A stretch of DNA of 63,541 bases, counting the filler, from Choristocarpus tenellus KU-1152 (taxonomy: Eukaryota; Protista; Phaeophyceae): the NCBI GenBank assembly GCA_964200185.2. It is 6 parts of 6 records of this genome, joined end to end, with 100 filler letters (N's around TTAATTAATTAA, not from the genome) between each part and the next. Parts side by side here need not be neighbours in the genome. Positions count along the whole stretch, not along the records: positions 25,756 to 36,277 come from CAXNAD020002878.1; positions 36,378 to 48,335 come from CAXNAD020002051.1; 4 more parts are not named here. One strand, given 5' to 3'. Position numbers and translations under genes: made by a program. Under the pieces are notes generated by a model that was not told where the DNA came from, did not search any database, and worked only from the letters and a program-made list of their open reading frames with translations. Positions 26,964-38,615 of the stretch are shown here, piece after piece (the stretch's first letter is position 1; every line of letters begins with the position of its first letter).

Positions 26964-29652
26964 TCAACCGCACCCGTAGACTCCTATTATGAGAACATGC
27001 TCGCCCAACGTGTAGATTTTGATGCACACACGTCGAATAAAGGTCACGCGGTAGGTGCTCTCCCATGTGAGAACGAAACCCGACTGACAAGATAGATACT
27101 GCCGAACTCTTTGCTGAATCATCATGGTGCCTAATGGAGAGCCTGGCCCACAAAAGCAACCCCTCACCTTCCCTTCTTCTCTGAGGCGATGCGGAGCCAG
27201 GCAAGCCTCCGTCAATGCCCACTTCAAGGTTCCAACATCCACAAGGTCTGGCATAACACCGAGATCAGATGCAGCGGAAAGGAAGCCTGGCCATTCCATA
27301 CGCCTGTTCTCTGCGACTGCATCCCCCCACGTCGATGTGGACTCTGAGTGGTGTCTACTGAGTGGGAAAGAGGGACTTTGTGAATTCCTCCTTGGCGTTC
27401 CGGTGAGGTGGTCTTCGCCCTTGCCCTTGCTTCTCAGTGATGTATTGACTGTGCCAAGAGAGAGAGAGCGAGCGAGCGAGAGAGAGGAACTGACCGACCG
27501 TCGGACACCACTTGTTGTGATTTTTTTTTTGTCTGTCAATGACCCAATCAAACGCTATCGATATATTGATGGGTGTGTAAGAATAAGAGAGTGGTTTGGA
27601 GTAGAGGGGTAGAGGGGTAGAGGGGGTACGGTAAGACAAAAAAATGCAGTGTCTCACACAGTGGAATGGTCTGCGTGCTGGACTGAATCAATGGGGAACG
27701 TTTTCAGTGCTTGGAGTTTTCTTGGTATCCTATAAAATCCAGACGCTCTAACCCTCCAGACCAAACAGTATGAGCATCCCAAGACAAGTATGCTGATCCA
27801 TGCACGGTGCAATGGCCTGATCGAACTGAGGTGACGTTGTGCTTATGGGATCTGCAAAGAGCTGAAGGGAGTGAGGGGGACAGTTCTCGTCCGAGCCGAA
27901 GTAAGAGAGAGGTACCCAGTGTTACGTTTTAAGGATAAATATGTGCGAAAAATTCGACATCTTTTACAAAAAAGCTTGTGGGAAATTTCTGGATTCTGTC
28001 AATAGTAAGAGTTTTCAAACAATAGAGAAATCAACGCTCTCAAGTTGAACTTAGCACTTAGATAATGGAAATATGGGTGAATTGCAAAGTATTGAAAAAC
28101 TGACTTGAGATGCAAAACGGGCCAAAACCTGGGGACCTCCTGTATACTTTGACTCTCCAAGGTTGTTCTAAGACCTGATACCGAATGAAGAGGACCCTGG
28201 TATTCACTTACCGTCAATGCTGTCCGCAAAGATGCTCTTTAGGAAGGCTCCCTGAGACAAGTAGAACTGGCAGATATCTGATTTTACCATTTGGGCTAAG
28301 CTTCCGTAGAGATGCACACCTGGCTGTGGATAAGTTCATGTATGCCCGACGTGATTGCACAACAGGAACAACGATCAAGGCTATACGGGGAGTCAAGCCT
28401 GGCGCATATGAATTCAATGAGGTAAGCGACAAAATACCCACAATTTGATGTTGTGGTACATTGAGGTCGTAGCATCGTACTTCCAAATCTTTTTTGTTTA
28501 ATGAGGCACGGACACATGATTGTAGAAAAAAAGTAGATTGTGTGTGTATAGAAGGAAAATGGAGAGTTTAGTTACCTGTCAAAAATGTGTTCCACCAAAG
28601 GTCTCCTAGTGTATGGGTGTTACTCTGTTGCAATAATTTCAATATCTCTTACAAGGGAGATTTGAGCTTGAAGTGTTTCAGGGTCTTCTGGCCTTTGATG
28701 TGTAGGGAAGCTAAGGTTGGGTGAATTATAGAACGGATTTAAACTCTATCAATCAATATGCGATGATGTATTATATTTCTTCGAGCTCTAGAGCCTCACT
28801 CTAGTTCTCCTGCAGCCTCGAGTAGTATGGACATGGTGGTCTAGAACCCCATCAACGCGACTTTGCTGTGTTCACAAGTGAACATTCGATCTTTCCATTG
28901 TGCTTTGATCGAGGAGTCGTATTCTTTGTTTAAGGACTTCGGTGAGACATTGAAGCGAGAGGACTCTAGAGTGGGTGTGGAAAGACCAGAAGTGGTGGGG
29001 TCCTCCACTGATGGATGAAGCCATCTCTTTGCCTGAAGATGGCGTCTGTCATGCTTACAGATATCATGCGAACACCGTATCACACCTGCTTAACCTGGGA
29101 GATGTAGCCATAGACATCTCTCAGTAGCAGGCGGTTGAGCGAACGCAGCTTCATACCGATCTGCTTGTTGTGGAAACTGTGCTTATGCTTGACCCGAGCC
29201 AGGTCATCGAATGCGTCAATGAAGGCTTCGCGACCCATCCTCATTGCGTCGGCATCGACCCTAGGGCTAACCTCGTGGTCGCACCTAGAGACATGACGTT
29301 GCCAAGTTTCCTCAACATACTCTAGGGTCAGTCTATTGTCTGTCACACCCATGACCAGACTCACAAACTCGTCATGCCTCAGGCCAATAGCAGGGTCAAC
29401 TCCTAACAGACGGAAGCACGCTGCCGGCCCCTCAACCATGACATCTGCCGGTAGCCTCATTGACTTGATCATCGCGACTCTGGGTTCGTCCAAACGACCC
29501 AGACAACTTGAGTTATCCATGTGACAACCAATGGGCGACGAAGCAGCATGAGCACTTTTCGGCCGTTGGGCGGGCGATCTCCTTTGAGCCCTAACAGATT
29601 CAACACCTCGTCTAACACAGGAAGCCGACACAGGGCGCATGTTTAGCTGCAT
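26964..29652 (-). CDS. Hypothetical multi-exon protein (3' end uncertain)
   Basis: Phase-consistent GT-AG model complement(join(27168..27448,28212..28323,29086..29652)) plus an uncertain last exon near 26964-27083. Translation: ...EAFIDAFDDLARVK...SQVKQ|PGVHLYGSLAQMVKSDICQFYLSQGAFLKSIFADSID|VNT...RMEWPGFLSAASDLGVMPDLVD. The first exon is CpG-rich. No family was recognised. Confidence 0.55.
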
Positions 29653-29927
29653 GTACTCTACTCGGGCAGAGAGTGCTTGGGATAGGTTGACAACGAAAAC
29701 GGTGCGGCACAATACCATACGATTGGAGCGACCACCGTTACATTATTAAAAAGTAGTATATACATATATATCATACTGTATATACTATAGGAAAAAATAG
29801 ATGCATAATAATATAAAGGTTAGCAATAATATTTTAATACTTGTAATGTTAACAACTTCACTGTCAAATTTCACAAGATGATGTCGTTTGTCATAGAGCC
29901 AGTAAGAACTGATTAGATGACCCCAAA

Positions 29928-32286
29928 ATGGGTGTTGGTGTGTGGATCTTGCTCTTCTTCCTTGTAGGTAGGGTTGGAGGGTTCACAATTCACAACCCGA
30001 GTGTATTTTTTGTGAGAGGTGAGCTTGGGAGGAGACCTAGAGGGATATCCTTCCGCTGTGGTGCCTCTACTGTGAGCTCAGAGGAGGCAAGCTACGCTTT
30101 GACCCTATCAGTTCTTGTTTTATAGATCTTGCACTGCCCATAGCTGTACAAATGAATACATATATCTTCAGCAATTGAGATCAAAACATTACATTCTTCA
30201 GGGAGCTCCCATGGAAAAGGTACTTTTCGTAGAGTTGGGCTTCGGCAACGACCAGCACGGACAAGACCCAACGAAGGCATGCGTAAGGCAAGTCCAACCC
30301 ATACTCCCTTTGGCAGCTGAGAAACCAAGTTGGACTTCAGTTTATAGCTCTTCCTATCATAGAGAAATGAAGGGGGCTCATTATTACCTGCTATAAGGTC
30401 ATACCCCAAAACGAAGTAAAGACGTGTCGGTTCATGAGGGTGCAAGCACGAGAATGCTAGTTGTGGGATGGACTACATCGTGGTACGGCACCTGCCTGAA
30501 GGTTCAGAGTGCTTCTACAAGAAGAGGGAATGTTAGGTGATGATTGCGGTCTTATCCTCTCCTCTGCTCTGTTCTACTGTCATACGCGCACTATGTTAAA
30601 CCTGACGACGTTTACCCCTGTCCTGTTGGTTCGTTTTTCTGTGATTTGTCTACATTGTTGATCCAGGGCATGCCGCAACGCCATAGAGTTCAACTCCATC
30701 CCCTCTATCAACAGTATTGTACCGGGGGGCTATGATAATATGAAGCTTAGGATTCAACTTGCTGTGCCGGTGCCAGAGGTGCGTGACATACCTCTGCATT
30801 TGAACCATACACAGTTGAGTATTGCAAATGGATGATTTGTTTGGCTTTGTCGTCAAAGTTACACACACCTCAATCCCAAAGCTCATTGCAAATCCTTGCG
30901 CTGGATTTGTATCCTTTGAACCTCCACCTTATCTGGAAGGAGGAAGTCGACATTGAGGCGGTAAAGCGAGTGTTTCCTTATGGGAAGATCCTGCCAATAG
31001 AATTCCAACGCGGTGGTATGCTGGCTTCAAGTGGGATCGAGCTTCCACAAATGGGAGGTGAGACTGAAAAGAGGTTCTTTGGAAGGTATGCCAATGGGTG
31101 CACAGATGGAAATGTATTCTTCCCTCAATTTACATATCTGAATCCTGTTCAACACCATTCTGGAGGAAGCATGTAGATGAACGTGGTTGATAGCCAAAAA
31201 CCAGTCAAGTGTGAACTAATGCACAATTAACGTCCATAGAGGATATCTCAATGAGTGTAATTCACCAAGCACAGCAGCAAAGTGAAGCGAGGATGCGGTC
31301 CTTGCTAATTCCATGCTAACCAATGGACTGCCTGACCTATCGAACATCTCCATACATCCTATATGCCAAGGTACCTCATTCACATGTGTCTATATATATG
31401 GATTCAATTTGGGTATGGACAGCTTTTTCGGATCACCAATGGTGTTTGACACCTTACGAAACACTGTTTCAGAAATGTTCTGAGTTGTATTTTGTTCTTT
31501 TTCCAGAAATGTTCTTTTTCACAATTACCTCGCAATAGTGCCCCAATTTGCTCCCCCTGTGGTTGTCATGTTCCCCTAGTGTTGCCACTTGGCTAACGGC
31601 ACTGCGTAGTATGATTGGCTTCACCCTCTGTTGTGGAAGGTGTTTGATGCGTTTGAAGCAGACAAGCAGAGGCAAGCATTTTTTTGGGATTTATTGGTGA
31701 GATTTGATGTCCAGTGTTTGATGGTTTATTGGTTTGATGTCCCTCCCCTTTCACGATATGAAGTTGTCGTTATAGGGTCTGTGTATTTACAGTTGGTGTA
31801 CCGTACCGTCTTTTTTTTTATGAATGAGGGTGTGATGTGAAGTTTAGGGTGAGCCCACGAGCGAGTTACTTGGAAGTCGACCTATGTTGATCGTGTACGT
31901 ACCTGACCAGTAGTAGTAGGGGGTCATGGTGTTCATCCATTGATTTGGGTAGTGCTTTGGGAGCGTATGTACGGTGTTTTTAAAAGTAGTTAAAGTATGA
32001 AGTGTGAAGCTGAAGTGCTAGAGCTCGTTCTGTGATACCCCTGATCTATATCCCATGTTCCCTACAGACTCTTAGCTGTACTACTGCTCTTAATAATCCT
32101 CTTCCTCTATTGTGCGTTCGTGCACTCACTCATACGTGCGTGCAAGAATGTGCATCCCCCCTGCCCCCCGCCCCCTCCCATGCACTAATCTTGTGGTGCC
32201 TTTGTACTTTTTTTTTACTGCAATATTTGACAGATAAGGGAGATGATATGATCATTGCTGTCAGCTGTGTCACAGTTGGATACTGA
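29928..32286 (+). CDS. Lin0512-family protein with a predicted bipartite plastid-targeting presequence, 175 aa
   Basis: join(29928..30086,30202..30287,30667..30778,30940..31057,32234..32286). Motifs FVELGFGNDQHGQDPTKACVRACRNAIEFNSIP...VDIEAVKRVFPYG...GGM...IIAVSCVTVGY are typical of the Lin0512 family. The N-terminus MGVGVWILLFFLVGRVGG|FT looks like a signal peptide with Phe at +1. Introns 1 and 2 have GC donors. Confidence 0.88.
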
Positions 32287-34875
32287 ACCGAGGCAATAAT
32301 GAATGGGAGGTTCATTCATTGGACCATCGTTAGGGGCGAACTTTCCCTAGCAAGAATTTTACTCAAATGGCAATCTGTGAAGAAGTTTCTCTGAGAAAAG
32401 AGACACCTCGATATATATATATATATTTTTTTCTTCATGGATACTGACATACACCATACATATTTTTAGCACCTCTCTTGCATCTTTGACGAATCACCTT
32501 GAGGCGTTGTATGTTACGACTCTTTCGTGCTCTTCTTCTTCTGTCTAGTGCATTCAAAGCACTGAGTCATCTGTGCAATATAGATTTTATCCTTCCTCTC
32601 TTACTGTCTCGGCCTACCGCATCCGCTCGAACCGTTGGTCATTTCTTGTGATCTGTTTTCTGTTTGCCTTGATTGGCTTGTCTGTTCCTCTCTTTCTTCA
32701 ATACGTTTAGGATGTACGCTGTGAACACTGTGTACTAACCAATAGTACAAACCTTTGCGTACAGTGGTTGTAGTTGAAGGCATGCTCAAGCTTCGTAGCA
32801 CTACAGAGTAGCTCAAGGTACTGTGTAGAACCCCGAGAGGATGATAGTTTTTTTTTTCTCCAGAACTTACATGATGTGCATGCACGCAGACGTCTGTAGG
32901 AGGGGAGGTCAGGGGTTTCCATTTGATGATACTGCGTGTGGGCACTCGAGATATGTTGATCACACCCCCACTGATTATTGCCCGAAACAGTAGAAGAGGT
33001 ACTTTGAGGAGACTATCCCCGAGAGCAGTCCTAACTTGAAGTGAATTGAGTAATAGAAGGTGAGACCATCGGTACAGTGTTTGAGGAAAATAAATTGTTA
33101 CGACTTGGTTGCTAAAGACACTGCTTGGACAAACACCTTTTTCTCTATCCCAAAGGAGTGTAACCAATGATTTTAGCTATGAGCTGAGTTCACTCTATTG
33201 AAGTCTTTAGTAGTAGGTACTTTTGAGGAAGAGATAGCAAGTGCAAGCTCCACGGTGAGATTTTCATCCCTGGTTTGATGGTCCAGACCTCTAGAAAGGC
33301 AGCTGCCTGCAGGTAAGCAGCAGACTCTGAGTATGAAGTAATTACTGCATAGACCAAAGCCCCACATCTTATGGTGTCAAATACAGCAGTCCAGCCAGAA
33401 GATCGGACAGCTTTTGGTCAAGTCTATTTTGCCACAAAAAAATGTTTGTGTTGAACTTCTTCGCTTCCTTTCCAACTCGATTGAAACATCAAACCCCCTA
33501 TTCTCAACCCTGACAAGAAGGGTTGAGTATCATGTTTGTGTGTAGTAATGGGGTGAGTTGATTTTGATGCTTGAGGGGATGAGAAAGGAGACAATTGTGC
33601 TGTGAGTAAGCCTTTCTTTGATGGATCATTTTGTATGTTGCTGAGTTGAGGTGGCATGTAGAGGGGGAAGGGCACACGGTGTGAAGAGGAGGACTAAGAT
33701 AGATAGAGTGGCCTGAGCATCACTTTCAGTCGATAAGAAACTTTCAACTCGAGACGTTGCCTATCTCTTCACATCTTGTGGCACAACTCCTGCCTTCTTG
33801 CATTTACTGCAGTGTAGTTCTGGACTTGGCCAACGAGTCCAGCAACAGTATTATTATTATAATTATTATTGTAGTGATAGCGATCACAAGTACTTTGAGA
33901 AATAAAAAAATGATGTAGAGAAGTACTTGTATGGTATTTGCATGAGGTCTCTCAAGTGGGTCAAGGTAGGTCAGAGGTGGAAAACACTATTGAAGCTCAT
34001 GGTGAGATAGAAAACGGACACGAGGGAGGTAGGAAGGGGATGTTCGTGTCTAGTAGGCAACGACTCTAATATCAAATTGCAGAAGCTCTAGAAAGTAACT
34101 TCTACAACACTAGTTCTTCCTGCACAATCTCTCCATGTTTGGGGACATCCTTTTGCCTTTCAACTGACCCTGTCCACTATGAAGACAAAATCTGACAGTG
34201 CTTGAAAGTATGAACCATTAGGAACAAGAACACTTGGGACAAGACATTCACAGACAATTCCACGAAATGATACTGTCGACTCTCCACAACTCGTATCATC
34301 AATCTTGTCCCCTTCCTACTTCAGGCTCATCGCGCCAACCAATTTGCCATTGCAAAGAAAGCACCCAGCAAGCTCTTCACATCCACCTGATACACACACA
34401 CGTTTCAAGTGCAACAATTAACATTCCACTTCACCCCTCACGATGGCGTCTGGGGCAACCAAACTCCTATGATGACTATTATGAATAGCACACCATACAC
34501 ATTACTGCACCTGAGAAAACCTTCATCAAAACAAAAAAGAAGAGACAACTCTCTCCTAACTCAAACATCAATGTATCCTCTATGTCATCTCCGTCCCCTC
34601 TACACCGGCTACATCCATCAACAAAAAAAACAAATACTGCATGAAATGTTCCACCAAACTCTTGTGTCCTTTGACTGCCATGCTCTTGGTGCTGCTCTTC
34701 ATGCTCTCTCCCACTCCCGAGAACCAGAGTGCATGGCGTCACACTATGTTGGTGGGGACCTTGCTAGGTACCGCAGTGTCTCAAGGTCCCATTTCATTGA
34801 AGGTACACAAGGTAGAAACAACAAACTAGCAGTTCTTTGCATGTACTACATAACCCCTTCATAACCCCTTCATCA

Positions 34876-35225
34876 AGGGGTTTTACACGTCTCTGTTCAG
34901 CTGAAGCGCTGGTTATGAGTCTGAGTCCATACACCCTAACCCTAACCCTAACTCTAAATACACACTCACAGAGTTAGGTCCGCCTTGAATGCTTGAAGGT
35001 CACATAGCCCTAAGGATTGATACTGAGCCTGGTTCTCACCACAGAGCACACGAATGGTTCAGTACAGGATCCACTTATGGGACATTGGTGGGTCGGGACC
35101 AGGGATGAGGTCCCACTGCTGCCCCTACTCACACAGTGGTGATCACAGAGCAGGCCTCATAGTGTGAAGGTGAAAGGTTAGAACCCTAACCCTAAGACCA
35201 GCTTAACATATTAAAAAAAAACCCT
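34876..35225. mobile_element. Possible MITE with imperfect terminal inverted repeats and internal CCCTAA repeats
   Basis: The left end AGGGGTTTT...TGTTCAGCTG resembles the reverse complement of the right end CAGCTTAACA...AAAACCCT. (CCCTAA)n occurs at ~34934-34958 and ~35182-35195. Confidence 0.4.
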
Positions 35226-35789
35226 CACCACCTAGCTAGCCTATCATACAATAATCGACATGACATTCTTGGCTCACAACATTTCCTGTTGAGTCTTTTT
35301 CTAACCAAAAGAAGGAATTCCTGCAACGGGGGCTTTTGTCTTTGTTGAAGATGGTGGGAGTTTGGTATCTTACAGGCTTTAGCCTCAAGGACTAGGTGCA
35401 GGTTCATCCCGACCACTTAAGGAGCAGAAAACGCCCAAACAGACTAACAGCCCATCCAACAGGGATCGGTGGGAGGGCTAGCTAGCTTGCCGACCGACCA
35501 CAAGGGTTCAAGGACCGGCACAAAAAGGTACATAAGGAAACACAATAAAAGTACATACAAAGGTACCTACAAAAATGCTGGAGACAACGATCGCAGTGTT
35601 CATCCGCACGAATAGACTACTAGAGTCCATCCAGCGCAGCTCAAAAGACTACACCGTACGCTATTTATTTATTTATTTCCACTGCAACTGTCGAAAAGGC
35701 TACTAGAAGAGTTATAAACAAAAAAGAGAAACAAAAACAGGAGAGAGAGCGAGAGGAAGAAAAAAAAAATTTAGCTGGCAAAAGTACAT

Positions 35790-36153
35790 GCACCGCACCA
35801 TCACCAACACCACCATCACCAACACCATCACCATCATCACCATCACCACCACCATCACCATCACCATCACCACCACCATCACCATCACCACCATCACCAT
35901 CACCATCACCACCACCATCACCATCAACACCACCATCACCACCACCATCACCATCATCACCATCACCACCATCACCACCACCACCATCACCATCATCACC
36001 ATCACCACCATCACCACCACCACCACCATCACCATCACCACCACCATCACCATCATCACCATCACCACCATCACCATCACCACCACCACCACCATCACCA
36101 CCATCACCACCACCACCACCATCACCACCACCATCACCACCACCACCACCAAC
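35790..36153. repeat. ~360-bp (CAC/CAT)n trinucleotide microsatellite
   Basis: Direct reading; this run generates the spurious poly-T/I and poly-V/M ORFs. Confidence 0.95.
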
Positions 36154-36277
36154 AAAAAGAAGAAGAAAAAAACATTCACAAAACGCAGGGCAGGGGCCCA
36201 GTGTCCTCGTGCTGCTAACAATGCTCTCCCCCTCATTTCTTGTCCTCCCCCCCCCCCCCCCCCCCCCCCCCCCTTCT

Positions 36278-36377
36278 NNNNNNNNNNNNNNNNNNNNNNN
36301 NNNNNNNNNNNNNNNNNNNNNTTAATTAATTAANNNNNNNNNNNNNNNNNNNNNNNNNNNNNNNNNNNNNNNNNNNN
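36278..36377. other. Artificial contig linker
   Basis: 44N-TTAATTAATTAA-44N. Confidence 0.98.
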
Positions 36378-36378
36378 T

Positions 36379-36435
36379 ATGAAAAAATTGACCCCAAATG
36401 GACAGCCGCCACCCCCTCCCAGATACTTTGAGCCC
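36379..36435 (-). mobile_element. Truncated MITE copy at a contig start
   Basis: Reverse complement of 25610-25655 and 36712-36766. Confidence 0.8.
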
Positions 36436-36711
36436 AAACGTGCAGACTCTCAACCCCACTTCATCGTTGAATTGCACTCCTGATTAAGAAAAGAAGAGGG
36501 TTTGTCTGTTGGAAGGTAAGGTCAGAAAAAAGGGGGCAAAGGTATGAATGACCTGAAAATGATGTTCCCACTCCGCAGGGAAATGGCCATGTACCTTTCT
36601 TCCTATGTTTGGTTTTGCATTGACTCGTCTACTGCAAAACTTCCAGTTTCTCTTTACACCGTTATTGTGCTTACCCTGGATTATGTCTTGTCAGGAAAGG
36701 TGTGAAATATT

Positions 36712-36899
36712 GGCTCAAAGCATCTGGGGGGGGCGGCGGCTGCCCATTTGGGGTCAATTTTTTCATGCCGCGATTTTTGGGTGATTTGGTTGCATACGTC
36801 GGATGGATAATGTATGTAAACATTTCCTGGTTTTGGCCCATATATATATAGACACCCTGGTGTAGACCACCCCCCCCTCCCCCCCAGATACTTCGGGTC
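36712..36899 (+). mobile_element. 188-bp MITE (Harbinger/Tourist-like) with TIRs and an ATT target-site duplication
   Basis: Left end GGCTCAAAGCATCTGGGGG, right end CCCCCAGATACTTCGGGTC, with ATT on both flanks (36709-36711 and 36900-36902). Confidence 0.75.
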
Positions 36900-38615
36900 A
36901 TTAGTGTATCCATGCTTGACATGCGTCTCTAGCAACCGCATGATATTTTGAGTTGAAGTATAAACATAATTTTGCAAACAAAGCAAGGCTCACCTCTAAT
37001 CCTGGATCCCCTGGGTGTGTCTTTTCGGGAACCTGTCAAACCCACACAAATATACATGCTCCTTCACCCAAGCTCTGCCTTCGTTGAGGTGAAGAAAAAC
37101 CCCTCCATGTATCAAACACAACTGGCACTTTGAACTGGAGGAATGAAAGAGCATCCTCCGCTCTCACCTTGACCCATTATTAACACTTCTACACGGCAAT
37201 TCAAACATCTGAACCTCACCAGCCAACACTAACCAATCACACCTGATGGTGTAATGGGCGTGGGCTCTATCACCCTAGACTGGCCTCTGGAATCGCTTGA
37301 CATTTCATCACCTCAGCATAGCTACATTGCGGTTACCTCTTGCTCTCTATATTTAGATGCGACAAGATGTACAAGGTTTGAATATCTTGTGACATAGATC
37401 CCAACGCAGTCAGAATTACTTCTTGGCATTCAAATGTACTCAAGTAGTGTTGATGCCAACGTGGCAACAACTGTGATGATGAAATTGTGTTTGTCCATGT
37501 TCTTTCCCCCCGTATGAACTCATCACTTTTGTCATAGGAATCAAGAGTTGATTTATCCTCAAGAATAAGAACCCTGCCCAATTCCACACTTTCAAATCTA
37601 TTGATACACACATGATAACCAGCCAAACATTTATTTAGAGTCAGTAGAAGCCATCGAACAAGCGGACCAAAGTTAACCAAATGTTGTCAACAAATGAAGG
37701 ATGCAAAACTAGAGAGGGGGTGATGGTGCGAACGTCCCCAATACTGGTTGTGCTGGTCTCCATCTTACATGTAGCATATGTTCAATCCAGTCCCAATTCT
37801 GACCAGTCTTTGGTGTCAGAACACCCTTCTGTTTGAGGGTTAGGAGTCACTGTCTCCTTCTTCCCAAGAAAGGGGACAGATAAATCCAGACAGTAGTCTG
37901 GAGGAAACCTTTTTATTTTAATGTGTTATCGATATCTACCTCTATCTCTAAAACAACAATGATGATCCCTAGCACTCTTCAGAATGTTGGTTGTACATTT
38001 GTCAATCCACAGTTCAGAATGAATTAAGGTGCACTTTTCCACAAAGGCAATCTTTACCTAAACTACATTTGCCATGAATTGTTCCTTCTTGTGGTCAGTA
38101 CCTCTCAATCACTGTTTATATTTTTCTGACAACTTGCTCTTTGTCCTATGTTGATTCTTCCTACCTCTTGCTTCTTGATTGTGTACATACTCAACCGAAT
38201 GGAACAATACCAACCACACTGTTCACGATCACAAAAAAAGAAAGTGCCAACAGCACAAAAACACAATAAAAAGGTTTGGCAACCTCCTATGCTCCTCTGT
38301 TAACATGCCAGTTTACAGAAGAAACTTGAGCACTATTGAGTAGTTGCTACTACTATACCTAGTGTACTTTGTCATTCAACACGTTGAAAACTACGCAACC
38401 TACTTGACCTTGACCTTGCCATATAATATTATCTGCATTCATTGTTCAGGGCCCCTCTTGCTGCTGCATCCCTCTCATTTACACTCAATCCACATGCTGA
38501 TTTCTTAATCAATATTGCACTCTGTTGAACCTATTTGATCATCCAACTTGAGGTATGCTGGGGGGCTGCTTTAGTCCATTATTGATGACAAGTCAAGGCT
38601 AAATATGGGGAGTGA

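Noticed and set aside
27124-27612. 162-aa plus-strand ORF and a plus-strand donor-like site near 28421
   Set aside because: They are antisense to a phase-consistent minus-strand gene model and contain no motifs.
35712-36333. 174-aa and 181-aa V/M-rich or T/I-rich ORFs
   Set aside because: They are translations of a trinucleotide microsatellite.
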